Shown piece after piece: positions 37,501 to 51,579 of a stretch of DNA of 64,000 bases. Source of the stretch: Chiloscyllium plagiosum (taxonomy: Eukaryota); the NCBI RefSeq assembly GCF_004010195.1, contig NC_057713.1, forward strand, positions 42,095,727 through 42,159,726. The letters are read 5' to 3'. How positions within the stretch are numbered: position 1 is the stretch's first letter; every line of letters starts with the position of its first letter. Position numbers and translations under genes: made by a program. The notes under the pieces were generated by a model, which searched no databases, had not been told where the DNA came from, and saw only the letters and a list, made by a program, of their open reading frames with translations.

Positions 37501-39042
37501 AAGATTGTTACCATTAAAAACTATTATCAAGGCCTGCAAAACATTAGAGACAAACATTCCACTCTTCCAAAACCATGGGGTTTCACCACCTCTATTTCTC
37601 CATTTTACAGAACAGCTTCAGAATTAATAAAGCAGTCTCATCTGCAATGGAGCTCTTTGAAATTGCCTTTTGAATGGACTCAGCCGCATATTAATGAGGA
37701 CTGATGAAATTGATAACTCCCAATAATCCTCTTAAACAGGCATCTCGCTGTTGCTCTGTGAAAATCTCATCTCAGCTTCTGGAACTTAGTTGGAAAATGC
37801 AGCTAATCGCTCATGATGTTGAGAAAGGCCTCTCTCGACTTCTCACATCATTCTCTCAGAATGTCACTCAGGCCCATGTGATATTCCACCCAACCACTTT
37901 AAGCAATGACTTGCTGTACTGCAATTTCAGGGCCCAATTTTCACCATTGCCTTAGATTTTGTCTTTTGCCTCTACTTTTCTTAATAGCCCCATAATCTCA
38001 TTATTATGATTTCTAATATTTAGAATCATGAGAATCATGGAATTCTACAGTACAGAAATAGGCCATTTGACCCATCATGTCTGTACTTGTTCACTCTCAA
38101 CATATCTCAACAGTTTGAACTTTCATGTCCCACTACTATTAGCACCTTAACCCTGCCATGTACCTCAGTTCTAATTACAATTAGATATGGTCTTATTCTA
38201 CACTCCTAATGCCTCTAGCTAAAATTCTGATGCTGCTATCCTCAACCTTCATTATGTGCTGCTCTCTAGTTATGTGCATTATATCAGCATGACCTCAAAG
38301 TTAACTTCTCTGCTGCTTGCTTTTGTGGTCTTACTACAACACATACCTGCACACCCGCATCTTGCTTTTATATTTTTATCTGTATGGTGCTCTTGGTCAC
38401 CTCTCTTACCCCTTATAGCTACTTGTTTACTCCATTTTGACAAAATCAAATGATTGCCACACCTCTCATCTCACTACCTCCTCTCTGCTCTCCAGTAACC
38501 CTCACCAATCATCTTTACTGCTCAGGCCCCTGTTTTCATTTCCAGATTCTTTAGTAAAGGTATTTACAAAACTCCCATCAGTAAAAATGACAATGAAGAG
38601 CTGCCAGATTGTCATTAAAAACATGAGCCATTCCTAATTTCTTTAGGAAGGTGAAGAGGGAGATGGCACGGGGCAGGGTGACACTAGGCACATGGACACA
38701 CAAGATGGCCACTGAGCCATCAGTTGGCCAACTTGGCTCACAAGATGGCTGCTGGATCACAATATGGAGAGAAACAGCAGAGCAGATACAGATACTGCCT
38801 GGAGCCACCAGAATACCAGCACAATGCACTCACAACCTAGTTGATTAGTTTAAGGCAGGTGGGGAGAGAATACACATAAGTAGCGTACACTGCCCGCTGA
38901 AGTGTCTGGGTCCAGCCAACACCTTTGATAGAAATGTTAACTGTTTGATACAGACTCAATATGAAATGCTAATAGCCAGGGCTGCAGTAATCCTCAGGAA
39001 GAGCGATTAGCGCCATTACTATGGCAACGCATTTCTGAACAG

Positions 39043-39081
39043 ACATTGAAACTGACAATGTCTACATTGAAACTGACAATG
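39043..39081. repeat. Tandem duplication (18-bp exact repeat, 21-bp period)
   Basis: acattgaaactgacaatg at 39043 and 39064. Confidence 0.9.
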
Positions 39082-42000
39082 ACCACGTGGAAATTAACAA
39101 AGGCTGTGCTGGTACTGATAAATACTGTATCAAAACTATCAACAATTCTGCAATGATTGCCATAAACAAACCATGTTACAAAGACAATAATCTCATCACT
39201 GATCTATTCTATCACAAGATGTATTAAAGCTTCTTGACATGTGCTCCAGGTCAAGAGAAGACTCGCAGATGACTGTTGTGCCGTTGGTGTCTTTCTCTCC
39301 CCGGAGCTCTGGTATTTCCTTGTGCAATAAACTCTGTCATGAACCCCGATTCTGACTCTGAGACTGGGTGTTTCTCCCCATAACAAAAGGAAACATAATT
39401 TCTTCCTTATATTGTTCAGGCTTAGAGGTGAGTCCAGAGCCATACCAATTTGGCTTGTGATTAACTGCCCTCTAAACCCATCACAATGTCAATTTCTCAG
39501 TGCAACCAGGGATGGGCAAAAATGCCAGCTTCGCTACTCATGCTCACACGTTGAGTTTATTGTAAATATGCCGATATGCCATTTGAGATAAGGGTACATT
39601 TAGCTTGCTAGTAGTATAATTCAACTGTCAATTATAAATCTCCATGATTTTCATTTCTTAGACATGAAATCAAGCAAGATGTATAACAAGTAAATAAACC
39701 AATATCGTGCACCTGGTGCTTTTACACAAAGTACTAAATGGTTAAGCCTCATTTCGAATACTGTATCAATATTGACTTTGAAAAGATTCAAAGAAGAAGA
39801 GAATTATCTCTAAATTAAAGATACTTAATTGTCACAAGCCTTAGAGAGCAGTGTCTAGAAAACCGTAGTCAAGGCGGTTTGATTCAGCTCACTGCTCATG
39901 TTTTAATGGAACTTGATAATAAAATAATTGGACTGCATTAGGCTGATGTGAACTTGGTCTAGTTGCATTGCCTCTTAGCACATCCTCTTCTCATCCATCT
40001 GCACAAACCCCTTTCCCTGCTATTGCCCCCAGTCTCAAGATGAATAATCCAATCAAAAATGCCCAACTGATTTTATTAAATTATACTTCTCTCTCGATAT
40101 CATGAAAATATAAATTGCAAAAGCAATTACAATTTCCTCACCTTCATAGAATAACCCTATGAAAACTCCAATACTTTGTTCACAATTTGAACTGTACACT
40201 GTTTTTATCACCTTTAGCAGTGATATGAATATAAAAGTTTTACTTTTTCAATAAATTATGGAAACAAAATTAACTTCTAAATGGTAAGGATGCATCCGTT
40301 TCCCTGATCATTAATACTGGTAATGTCTCTCATATATAAAATATCCACAATAAACATTTATGGGTTAAATTTTATTTACTCCTCTTCTGTTTTCATTAAG
40401 TACAGCAGAAACTGCCATGGGCTAAATTTAATTTATTCAGTACCACAAAGTTTAGAGTACTGAATTAACACAGACCAAATTATAAGTATGTCTTTATGCT
40501 GCACTTTGTAGTAGCACCAGAATCATAAGATTGTCAGGCATGATCAAATAGTACAGGACTTTAAAATACCATTTACTTCCAATCATAGCATTAGATATTC
40601 ATATTATTAAATTTTTCAAAAATGGCACTAAGGCTGTTAAAACGTGTTTTCTTTTCTTATTTCCAATTTTCAATGCTCATTCCTGGAAAAGGAGTTCCTT
40701 TCTTCCTTATCAGTAAAATCGACTTTTATAAAATGTTAGCTCACTTGCATAAATTGAAACCAATTGCAATCATTGTTAATCAATATCAGTTAGCATACAC
40801 TTTACCTCGACTAATAATTCTGCATAGATGGACAATGTCTCATTGTCAGAAATGAAAAAAATATTCTTATGCATTTTAGGATGAGGACTGGAGAAAATTT
40901 ATCTAGTCTCCATAAATATCAAAGATTGGAATTTGAAATATTTTTCTATATTCTGAAGAATGTGGTTAGTGCTTTATCACACTGGATCTAACATAAAAGA
41001 AGCAAGTAAAACGGTTATAGTATTTGTGAAGTACAAAGATAAGTAATTTATTACAATAATTATTTGAAACAACTATAAGTGACATTGAAGCTCTAAACAC
41101 GGAAACAAAATGCTTCTTTTTGATTTTGTTGAATTCAGATGTTATAGTTAAATCTGTGCTTTGGATAATTCATAAATTCTGTCATATATCACGAGACATC
41201 ATTACTGTACTGCAGTGTGACACAGCTATCCTGAGGAAGCTGGGATGTAAAGATCAAAGGTGGTAGTTTGGGGCTAAAACATAGGTTGCCATCAGCAACC
41301 ATAATGTGAAATGCAGGGTCAATGAGCTGGAGTTATCGGCAGACTGGGCGGAGTTAGGCTTGGCCATATGGTGAATGCCAAAACCAGGGCAGAACTGTCA
41401 TGGCTAAGCAAGCTCATAATGCAGGTGAAAGGAAATTGTGATGAAGGAAAAACATGCATCCTGCCATGAAGAAATGAGGACAGAGGCTGAGGGCAACTCG
41501 CTGCCTGCTGACTGACACTTGCACTGATAAGACACAACATTAGAAGTTGTTCTTTGGCAATGCAAACTTGATTAGGGCAGATAGGCCCCCATCAGGCCTA
41601 TTCACTGGCAGATGAACATGAAGGTTTCTCAGATCCAGCATGCTTGACTGCAGCATCACAGCCTCTCTGTCACTATCCTGACAAAATAAGAACGTGATTA
41701 GTAATTCAGCATCAGGCAACTGGAGCATCTTTCACACTGAAGGCGATTTTGATAAAAAGGGAAAGTCATGACATTGCAGATTAATTGGGACATCTGGATA
41801 AATGTGCAGGAAATTTTTTTTAATGAAATAACAATGGATATTTCCAGTAATAATGAAATTACAACTGTTAAAGGAGAATCAAAATTATTTAGATCATGAA
41901 AAGGACGATCTACTGGAAATATTAATATTTTCTCTTTTCAGGTCCTATGACATCTGTTACGAATTTTCAGCAGATCCTGGTTTTATTTCAGATTTGCCTC

Positions 42001-42919
42001 ATTTCCAGTTACTTTGTTGTACATTGCTTAATTTATATTGTAATTAAGTTTAAGTTATAGAATAAGTCATAATTCTATCATGTTATGTTGCCACTTTAAT
42101 TGTATTTCCCCTCCTGATATGATTCCAATCTCTGGTCAATGCTCTCCTTGAACAAAGAATCAGGGATTGCAAAAACATAACTGAACATTTCTTTATCTCC
42201 TATATTGTTATTAAAGGAAAAATATTTCTCTTTTGTCATTTTTTTCGCACTCTGCTTCCAATGATAAATGCAGACTATGGATGGGATACTTTTCTGTTTG
42301 TTTTATCATGTTAATGGTAACCACCTATAAGAATCCATTGTTTAAAATCCAAAGCATAGTGCATTCATAAAGTAATATAATCCAGAAATTCAAAAATTCC
42401 CATTTTTGTTTTATACTTTGGAATTGTGATATGAAACAAATTATATGCAATGGAGGTTTGGAGGGAACCATCACAGACACAAAAAACATTGTCCTCATTC
42501 CTGCCATCTCCAGCATGAAATTGAGAATTTTTTTTTCAAAATGTCGGTAGCAATCCTAGTATAGGTTAGCACACCACCTCCAAATTCAATATCATGTTGA
42601 GTACTCCAACACTTTCTGTCTGAGATGACAACCATCCACTTTTAATATATTGCTTTGCTATAATTGGAAGATTTGCTGTTGCTGTCATTTATGAATTTAG
42701 AACCTATTGCTCCCTGGTTATCCACTGGACTTTTCATTATGTTAAAAATAGCATCTGTGTTTATATTGCAACTTATTGGTTGTTTTCTGATTTGCATTCA
42801 TTAATATGTTTGAGGAATGTGAAACCTTAACTACCCGTTTCACTTCACTGCTGTTACCATGACATGGATTTTGAATCACTTAAGCTTCTAGTAGTAAATC
42901 GTATTGCATAACATTTGGG

Positions 42920-43225
42920 GTGGTACGGTGGCTCATGGCACCAGGGACCCGGGTTTGAGGCCCACCTCGTGTGACTGTCTGGGTGGACTTTGCACACTCT
43001 CCCTGTGTCTGCATGGATTTCCTTCGGGTGCTCCTGTTTCCTCCCACAATCCAAAGATGTGCAGGTCAGGTGAATTGGCCATGTTAAATTGCCCATAGTG
43101 TTAGATACATTAGTTAGGGTAAATATAGGGTAGGGGAATAGGTCTGAGTGGGTTACTCTTCAGAGGGTTGGCGTGGACTTGTTGGACTGAAGGGCCTGTT
43201 TCCATACTGTAGGGAATCTAATCTT
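42920..43225 (+). mobile_element. HE1 SINE
   Basis: gtggtacggtggctca...aaagatgtgcaggtcaggtgaattggccatg...gggcctgtttccatactgtagggaatctaatc. Confidence 0.9.
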
Positions 43226-43539
43226 TAAGTTTCTGACTGCTTTTAGGTGTAGCTGATATTTTGGTGCATTGTGCATCCTGTAAAATTAACTACTAACATA
43301 ACTAAGCTGGTGCAGTGGCATATCTTTCTTCTATATCTTTCATTTAACCCCAGGAAGGTGAAATTAAAATAGTGACGAAAATTAAAAGGGATTAAAAGGT
43401 TTAGTCGAGGCGAAGCAGTTTAATTACAAGGCCATCTTTTGTAGATAAAATCTATTTGCTATTTATTATTTATGTCTGTAGCATCCAGCTTTCAAATGTC
43501 TATCACAAGTCAATGAAAGTATACCCAGTACATATTTAT

Positions 43540-43960
43540 CATACATCTTTCTGTTTGCTATATATTTATTAGAGAACATATATATTATAGTAGATAATAC
43601 AATTCTCATATCCGTATATTATACACTATCTCTATCATTTGATGTGTTCCTCATACAGTTATCAAACAATCTGTCTATCTGATGATCTATTCAGACATAT
43701 ATAGCTATACCTATCTTTCTAAATCTCTGCCTATCCACTGAAATAATGCTTGATACAGATCGATAGCCAGGGAGACAGAAAGCTAGACAGATTGATCGAT
43801 CTGATATTTATCCATATTGATTTTCTATATCTATTGATGTGCTTTATGATTCAACAATGTGTATATTTGTTTTTCCATATCAATATTTATCTATATTATT
43901 GTTCAACCATCTCTATATCTATTTTTATCTATCCATCTATGGACTTTTTATTCATTTATC
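43540..43960. repeat. Degenerate (TATC/GATA)-rich low-complexity tract
   Basis: Many imperfect tatc/atct/gata units. Confidence 0.6.
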
Positions 43961-45802
43961 AGGGTTTTGTCCAGAGCTTGAAGAGAAAAAAATTATCTTC
44001 TCCAAGGTTCATATCCAGGTCTGGATTCAGCCTGTAAAGGCAGCACATCAAAGGGTCTGTCAACCACCAATATTTGGGAGTCAAACCTCATCTACCTATT
44101 TGGGGCAAGCTGTTGGTGCAACCTATATGCAGCATGCCGAAAGTGAAAGATCAATTTTGTATTATCTGCACCTGTAATGGCAGTCCTGAGCTAAGTCTTG
44201 GGAGAGAGCTAATTCTGGGCTATGGCTGGTGGCTGGAAGAGTTGAAGAAGCACTCCTGATTCTGCAGGAAGGCTGTCCCATAGTGCTACTGAAGAATTCC
44301 TGATGATTGCTTCAGTGATCCTACACTAATTTCAGTGAGGTCTCTTCGAAAAGTCATTTAGTCCCTTAGTTCTTTTACACAAGGGGCTTAATGCTTGTTT
44401 TTAGTGGTCCTCGGAGACACCCAAACATTGAACAAGGCAAATTTAACACAGAGTTGGAATTCTGCGCAGATTTGGGTGCATGCCATCACTCAGCCAGATT
44501 GGCAAACATTGTACCCAGTTATTCCCTGAGAAATCGCGGAACAATTTCTATCCCTTTGAGTATAAAACTACTTTTTGATAAAATATTCTGTACCAGATCT
44601 GGAATCTGGTGTGTGAAGGCAATTTAAAGCTGGTCACAAATTGTTGCTGTGAGCTGAGGAATTTACTAGGTTAAAAGCCCATGAAGTGGCAACAGAAGAA
44701 TATTTTAGAAATCCTTGTTTTGTGAAACAAGATGGATTAAGGATGAAATGAAATAAGGCACCAGCATGGCTTTGTATTCAATCAAACCAGACAGAATAAA
44801 TCTCCCACTAACAGTACAATGCATCAGTGAATGAACAGCAGCTGAAAAGCTGGGGAGAGAGCCAAGGGATGGGTTTGTTTACTGGGTTCACATACAATTC
44901 TCAATATTATTAAAAACATCATAATTCTGTTTGTCTTAATTATCCAACAAAGACGTTCATCTGAACACAACCGTGATTTTAGAATTTTCAGTGTCACAAA
45001 AGTATCCTGTGTTGCCGACAAAAACATCTCAGTATCTTTCATTTCTGTCACAGCAAGGCTTCGCTGATCAATCACTTCTAAAAAGAAAAAAAAAATGCTG
45101 GAAATCAGGGATAGAAACAATGACTGTGGAAATACACAGCTGAACCAATGGAGTCTTCCATCTGAGACGGTGACCTATCTACTTGTTTTGATGTTGATGA
45201 CCCTACTGTGTGCAGTGTGTTTCCAGCACTTTCCGTTTATATAATTTATTTCACAGCAATGTTCTCCTTCCCTCCTCCGAATTTCTGATTTTCTGCTGAA
45301 ATATGGTCTTGTGAGTACAAATTACCAACTAGCAGCTCTCCCAAACAGCCATTTTCTTATGTGAAGCTAAATAGCAAATGTCAGGGTGAAGTTAGTGGGG
45401 GAGTGTTGTGGTGGCATGAATAGGATGTGGAACTTGTTTTCATACAGCCAAGCCTGTTCCTGTTTCGACTTCCACATATTTGCAAATCCAACAGGATAGC
45501 TGAAGTGTGGTCAGGAGTGGGGATGTTCATAAATTTCCTTCACTGGATTAATCATAGAGGGCAATAGCAGCTTCCCAATAGTGATGGCATTTCCAACATT
45601 ACTAATTGGAAATTGGATTTCAGCAAGTACAGGGTCTGCTAAGCGCTTTAATAACTAATGGTTAGAAACAAGATAATGCAGTAACATTGCACACATGAAC
45701 ACCACAGCTAACCATCAACTAGTACAGGCTTGGTGTAATTAACAAAAAAATTGTAATGTTATAGCCTTGTTCTTCATTATATACAATTGAGAGTGTACAG
45801 AA

Positions 45803-48607
45803 TGTGATGGTTATGGTTTTAAGAAGTATATTTACAGTCCTTTGTTTTGTGAAGAGAAGTTGAGACATAGATGGTGAATGGTCTGCTTCAGCCAATAAAC
45901 AGCTTGTGAGGCCTTTGAGTTTTTTTTAATTGGAACAGTAGAAGTAGCCTGAATGGGTGGAGTCACATTCCCACAGAGCCAGCACATTTAGTTTGGCTTT
46001 CAGATTACAGATTTTTACAGATTACAGATTAGATTACAGTGTGGAAACAGGCCCTTCGGCCCAACAAGTCCACACCGACCCTCTGAAGCGAACCCACCCA
46101 TACCCCTACATTTACACCTTACCTAACACTACGGGTAATTTAGCATGGCCAATTCACCTGACCCTGCACATATTTGGACTGTGGGAGGAAACCGGAGCAC
46201 CCGGAGGAAACCCACGCAGACACGGGGAGAACGTGCAAACTCCACACAGTCAGTCGCCTGAGGCGGGAATTGAACCCGGATCTCTGGCGCTGTGAGGCAA
46301 CAGTGCTAACCACTGTGCCACCGTGCCGCCCACCGTGCCGCCTACTTTCAGTAGCTGTTGGTTATGCTACATCTTTCTCTCTGTCACTTTGCTACAGCTG
46401 AAAGCTTGGGTGCTCTTCCTGCTTGCTAGAATCGCTATTAGACAACCTATTTTACTGATTTTGCCTTTGCCAAGTGCATGCTTTTGGAATGTTAATGAGT
46501 AGTTTATTATTTTGTTAATTATTTCGATAGAGTTACAGTTAAGCCAATTATTTTCTTTTATTTTTATTTTGTCTGTATTTTAACTATACTGGATGAATAA
46601 AGTGTGTTTTGCTCAAGCCTGGTAGTTTACCAACCAAATTTGCTTCCAGAACACAATGCCTAGCACTTGCCTTTAGAATAAGAAAAAGCTAGAGTCTGGG
46701 CTATCTCCTTGAAATGTTTTGAGGGCATTTGGTCTGGTCCCCAACAAACTGGGATCAGAGTCTCTTATTCTACATTGGATTTAGGATTACTGGACTCAAA
46801 GTGATGAGTGTTAGTGTTTTTTTTTATCTTGGGTGTTGCATTCATTTTGTTTAAACAGGGTGTGCCTTGTGTAATAATGGCTTTTAAAGTCACTAACAGC
46901 TTCCTGGGAGCGAAGAAGTCACCTCAGAAAGTGAGCAATGCAAATCTTTTGGAATTGACATGCAAGTAGAAGTGGAGTTGCCAGGCCCTGTGAGGAAAGG
47001 GGAAATAATTGTGGCAAAAATCGAGCATTTACATTTTTGGGAATGCAATCAGAATTATTGGAAATGGTTGAAGTTTAATTGCAAATGAAACGGCTTGAAT
47101 TAGTGGCAATGGCAAAAGAAAAGAAAATGGAGCTGTTTGAATTACAATTAAAAGCAGAAGGGGAAAAAAAAGAAATGGAAAGATTGTCCTTGACAAAACA
47201 AAAAGAATAGAAAAGGATGAAGAAAGGGAGAAAGAGAGAGAAGGAAGTGGGAAAGAGAAAGTTTGAGAACTTCAGAGGTTAGAACTGAAAACTCAAAGTC
47301 ATCTTAAAATGGTGGAGGTAGAAGTGAAAGAGGGATGTCGTAGTGAGGACAGTGATGGAGAGCAATCCATCATAGCCAAAGGCCTGGTGGAGATTTGTTT
47401 AAATATGGCTGAGCATTGCCTAAGCTCGATGAAAATGATGCAGAGGCCCTTTTCTTTACATTTGAGAACATGGCTAAATAAATGAAATGGTCAGTGACCA
47501 TGAGAGTATTGATTCAAATAAAGTTGGTAGGTAGAGCTAGTGAGGTATTTGTATCAATAGAGAGGAGGTATCTGTGGAGTATGATGAGGTGAAAAATCTT
47601 AAGTGCATATGAGCTAGAGCCTACAGACAACGTTTTAGGAATCTAAGGGGGGAGTGTTGGCAAGCATACATAAGTTTGAAAGGATCAGTCAAGGTAATTT
47701 AGATAGGTACGTAAAGACTTTGAAAAGACTTTGTATTTGGAGAGATGATTATTTTGCAGGGGTTCAAAACTTCACTTCCTGAAGTAGTAAGAACTCATGT
47801 GAAAGAGTAGAGAGTTAAGACTGTAAGATTAGCAGCAGAAGTGGTAGATGATTATGACTCGGTTCATAAATCAAAGTTTGGTTTCTGACATCAATTTCAA
47901 TCTGTAAGTGATAGAAATTGGGAAAAGAGAAATCCTGAGGTGGTCAGGGAAAAGGAAATCTCATTGAAGATACTGAAGATGTTTTACCACAGGATAAAAA
48001 GGAAATCCATGAGGGGGATCAAGAGTTAAAAAAGCTCAGAATAAAAGTTTTCACCGTAATAAAGTAGGGCACATGGAGTTGCAAAGTTGGTGATTTAGAA
48101 AAATTACTGGGAAGACCGATGTGGGAAAACAAGAAAAGCAACAGAGTTTTGTTGAAGTGGTAAAGAAATGCAAAGTGGAAGCTTAAAAGCTGCAACAGAA
48201 TGCACAACCTGATCATGGGTTGGTTGCGAAGAAAGCACCAGATCTCTTTAAAGAATTTACTTGAGTGGATAAAGTTTACTCATGTATTCCAGGAGGAGTA
48301 GGTAAATAAATTAAAATTTTAAGAGATACAGGAGCAAGTCAATCTTTAATGGTGAGAGATGAGCAGACATATAATTTGGAAGGACTATTGTCAGAAAAGG
48401 TGGTAATATGTAGAATTTATAGTGAAGAGAGCAGTGTTCCTTTATAAAAAATGAGGTTGGATAGTCCTGAGAAAAGTGATGGAAGGAGTTATAGAGAAAT
48501 TCTCTATAATAGAGATTATCCTTGGTAATGATATGGCAGGATCACAGGTGGGAGTGATGTCGTTGAATAAAGTGTGTTTTGCTCAAGCCTGGTAGTTTAC
48601 CAACCAA
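45803..48607 (+). mobile_element. Truncated Gypsy (Gmr1-like) element: 5' LTR, gag and protease
   Basis: LTR TG(45803)...CA(46746) with AATAAA; degenerate PBS aactgggat. Gag LPKLDENDAEALFFTFE (SCAN-adjacent type), protease ILRDTGASQSL (~48316) and IILGND. Many stops. Confidence 0.8.
46004..46342 (-). mobile_element. Young full-length HE1 SINE inserted in the LTR
   Basis: CpG-rich copy, (gatta/ca) tail, duplicated caccgtgccgcc at the 5' end, flanked by ctttcag. Confidence 0.9.
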
Positions 48608-51470
48608 TTTGAAGGGTAGATATGCCCGCTAAAAAAATCTGGAAAGGACAAACTGTTAAAATTTCTCTAAAATCTACTGAAACTTGTCGAAAAATATTTT
48701 CTGTCTTTGGAAATAAACAGTGTAATCTGAAGTCTCAGTCCGGATAAATGTATTGGCTTAAAATGAACAATGTATTCATGGCTGATCATCTAGCCTGCCT
48801 GCACTTTTCATCAAGACAAGCAAACATTTTACCGTTTAAAAAATGAATTAAAATCCTAGGTTGCTTAAAAAGCATCTGATGGATCAAGACTCTTAAAAGC
48901 TTCCTAGAAATGCTACTTATCTAAAGTTGAGGTTTATTGGTTTTCATGATATCTCATGTTGCAGTTATGCTATTCATTGAGCGTTGACAAAAAAGGATCT
49001 TATTTGCTTTGCACTGCCAAAAGAGTTTGAGAATACTAAAAGTCGTTCAGGTCAATTTTGTGCTTTTATAACAAGCTCTGGAATCAGCAACTCCAGGTTT
49101 GTAAGGCAGCCCCTTGAACTTCGCCAGATACTGCTAGGGAAAGGCTGAGGATAAATATCTTTGACATGTACTTACTAAACTTTATATTTTTACACTACCG
49201 TCATAGGCACACTCAGGTATACAGATATTAGAAAATCATTGACAAAAATTGTGTGTGGAGTTTTCTCTCTCAGACCTGTAGCGAAAATGATTTAAGCCTT
49301 TAATCACATAATCAGGAGTTAATTTGCATGTTTTAAGAAACCATGCTTTGCCTTTCAGTGATATTTCTTGAAACCGCTTGCATGTCGACAAAAATTGCAA
49401 ATTTAAGTGAGATCTGTATTAAAATTCACCCTTGATAGCATATTTATGTAGATAATATGGCTTGAAGTTGTATTAAAAATCTTAAATTACATGTCTCTTT
49501 ACATGCTTGCTACTATAATGCGACTTTAAGAGGAAAACAACTGAAGTTATAATCAGAAAGGGGTCAGAGCACCATGTATAGATACAAACAATGGTTGGCA
49601 GTGATTAGGAACATAAAAGGAAGGGGAGCTCATGGAAATTGGTCCAGATTTTGAATTATTGGTCAAGAACATCTTCCCCATTGGTCAATACTGGTAAATG
49701 TTCATTAGGAGCTTTAAATTCTGTTGACGCAGGTATATAGAATCAGATTTAATCTGGATAAACTGCCTTCGAACAGAGTGTAAAAAGAAGCACATGCCTG
49801 AGATTTTTTTCACCAGTCAGGGGATAGCACTTAACAGGACAATACTGTTGAAAAAGGCTCTTGCCAATTATAAGCTGGGAGTTGAAAAAGGAGTTTGATT
49901 TAGAGAGGTGAAGGGAGAGTTAGAACTAGGAAATAAAAAGTGGTCAAGTTGTTTTTCTAAGAAATTGCCAGAGAGAGAGAGAGTGGGAAGGCAGCAGCAA
50001 GTACAGAGTGTGCAGTTACGGTGGGGTAGGAGCTTTAGCTATTAAGGGGAACTAGAAGATTCAAAATGAAGTCTTAAAACTGTAGAGGAGCTAGCATGAT
50101 ATGAAAATAATGTTATTTAAGTTGAAATATTAAAGAACACAGTGAGTTCAAAGAATCAAGAGAAGAACAGCCTGGAGATCCACAGATAAACTTCAGTACC
50201 ATAATTATTGTCCAATAATCACTGTTAGTTTGCCCTCTGAGGTTTGTGCTTGTCCTTTTTTATATGCTTATTCCAGACCTTGGGTTTTAGTTACAGAAAA
50301 TTGTGGGTTTTGCAGCAAGTCTTGCTCACTTAATCCCACCACTTGTCCACAAGCACATTCTGATTTTTTTTTTCCCTTTTGTTTTATGGAGAGGCTGTAT
50401 TTCCACCGTGCCCTCCGCTGTTGAGTTCTGACTTTGTAAGGACTGCAACAAGTTTGTGACAAAGTTAAACCAAAGGCCTGTTTAGTTCACAAACGTTTAG
50501 ACAGGGAGGGATGCATCACAATTCAGGCATCCTTACAAAGATACACAGAGATATAATTGGAAAGGATAAAGAGATCTTTCAATGCATAATAACTGAAGTA
50601 CAAGACAACTGAAGGATACCAGTTTACCAAAGTGCTTATTTTTAGGATGGAGTTTAAAATTCCAAAACTGGAGTTAGGAGACTGGAATTTCTTTGTGTTA
50701 ATGAATTGAGTGCCCTTAGCCTGCAGCAGAGGTGATATAGGAAATTTCTTCATCTGAAAATCTCTTGAAAGGTCTTCTGGGGAAGTTTTGGTTGAAATGT
50801 AACTTCTCCTTTATTGCTTTGATGAAGGATAGGATTCCTTTAAGGGAACACAAATAAAGGCTGCTTGTTACAAATGAGAGGCGTTTACTTGCTAGGCTGA
50901 AGTTAAGGCTGTTGATATTGTCAAAAGATATCATATAGAACAATGCTGACCTATAAATTGAATTATATTTTAAAAATTGCATGGTTGAAAAGGGAATTGT
51001 TGTCAGTATCATAAGGCTCATGTGACCAAGCCTCTCTGAGGGGTAAGAAGCAATTACAATCAAGTCCAAGGCTTGCATTACAGATAGCCTACAAACTATG
51101 GCCCTCTCCAGAGGTCAATTGGAAAGTAATTAATACATCTTATTGTAGTTGGGATAACTTGCAATTCTATTGCATTTTTTTGTTGGAGACAGTCATCTCT
51201 GTAGTAGGTTATAACACAATAGTTAGCATTCCAGATTCTTCAGGAAGTATGTGAAGTGTTGATTGTTGGCTGGCATAGACTGCTGACAGGTTTCTGGAAG
51301 GTTACTGCTAAGTCCAATAACATAATTATAGCAGTAACCTGTGTTGGACTGTTCCCTGTGGATTTGGAACAGTCACTAAATATATGTATAGGTATTCAAA
51401 GTTTGTGCGAAGATTTGTAGCTCGGGTGCTCGTTGTTGTGATTCTGTTCCCCGAGCTGGAAGTTTTTGTT

Positions 51471-51510
51471 GCAAACGTTTCGTCCCCTGGCTAGGCGACA
51501 TCATCAGTGC
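51471..51510 (-). ncRNA. Minimal hammerhead ribozyme (intact core)
   Basis: Identical to 3280-3319. Confidence 0.75.
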
Positions 51511-51579
51511 TTGGGAGCCTCCTGCGAAGCACTTCTTTGATGTTTCCTCCGGTATTTATAGTGGCCTGTCCCTGCCACT

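Noticed and set aside
50190-51370. Possible gag remnant or Copia ERLGHMS motif on the minus strand
   Set aside because: Only isolated weak motifs (ERLGHMS, LKDLF.LSN) with no collinear support; cannot be assigned by eye.
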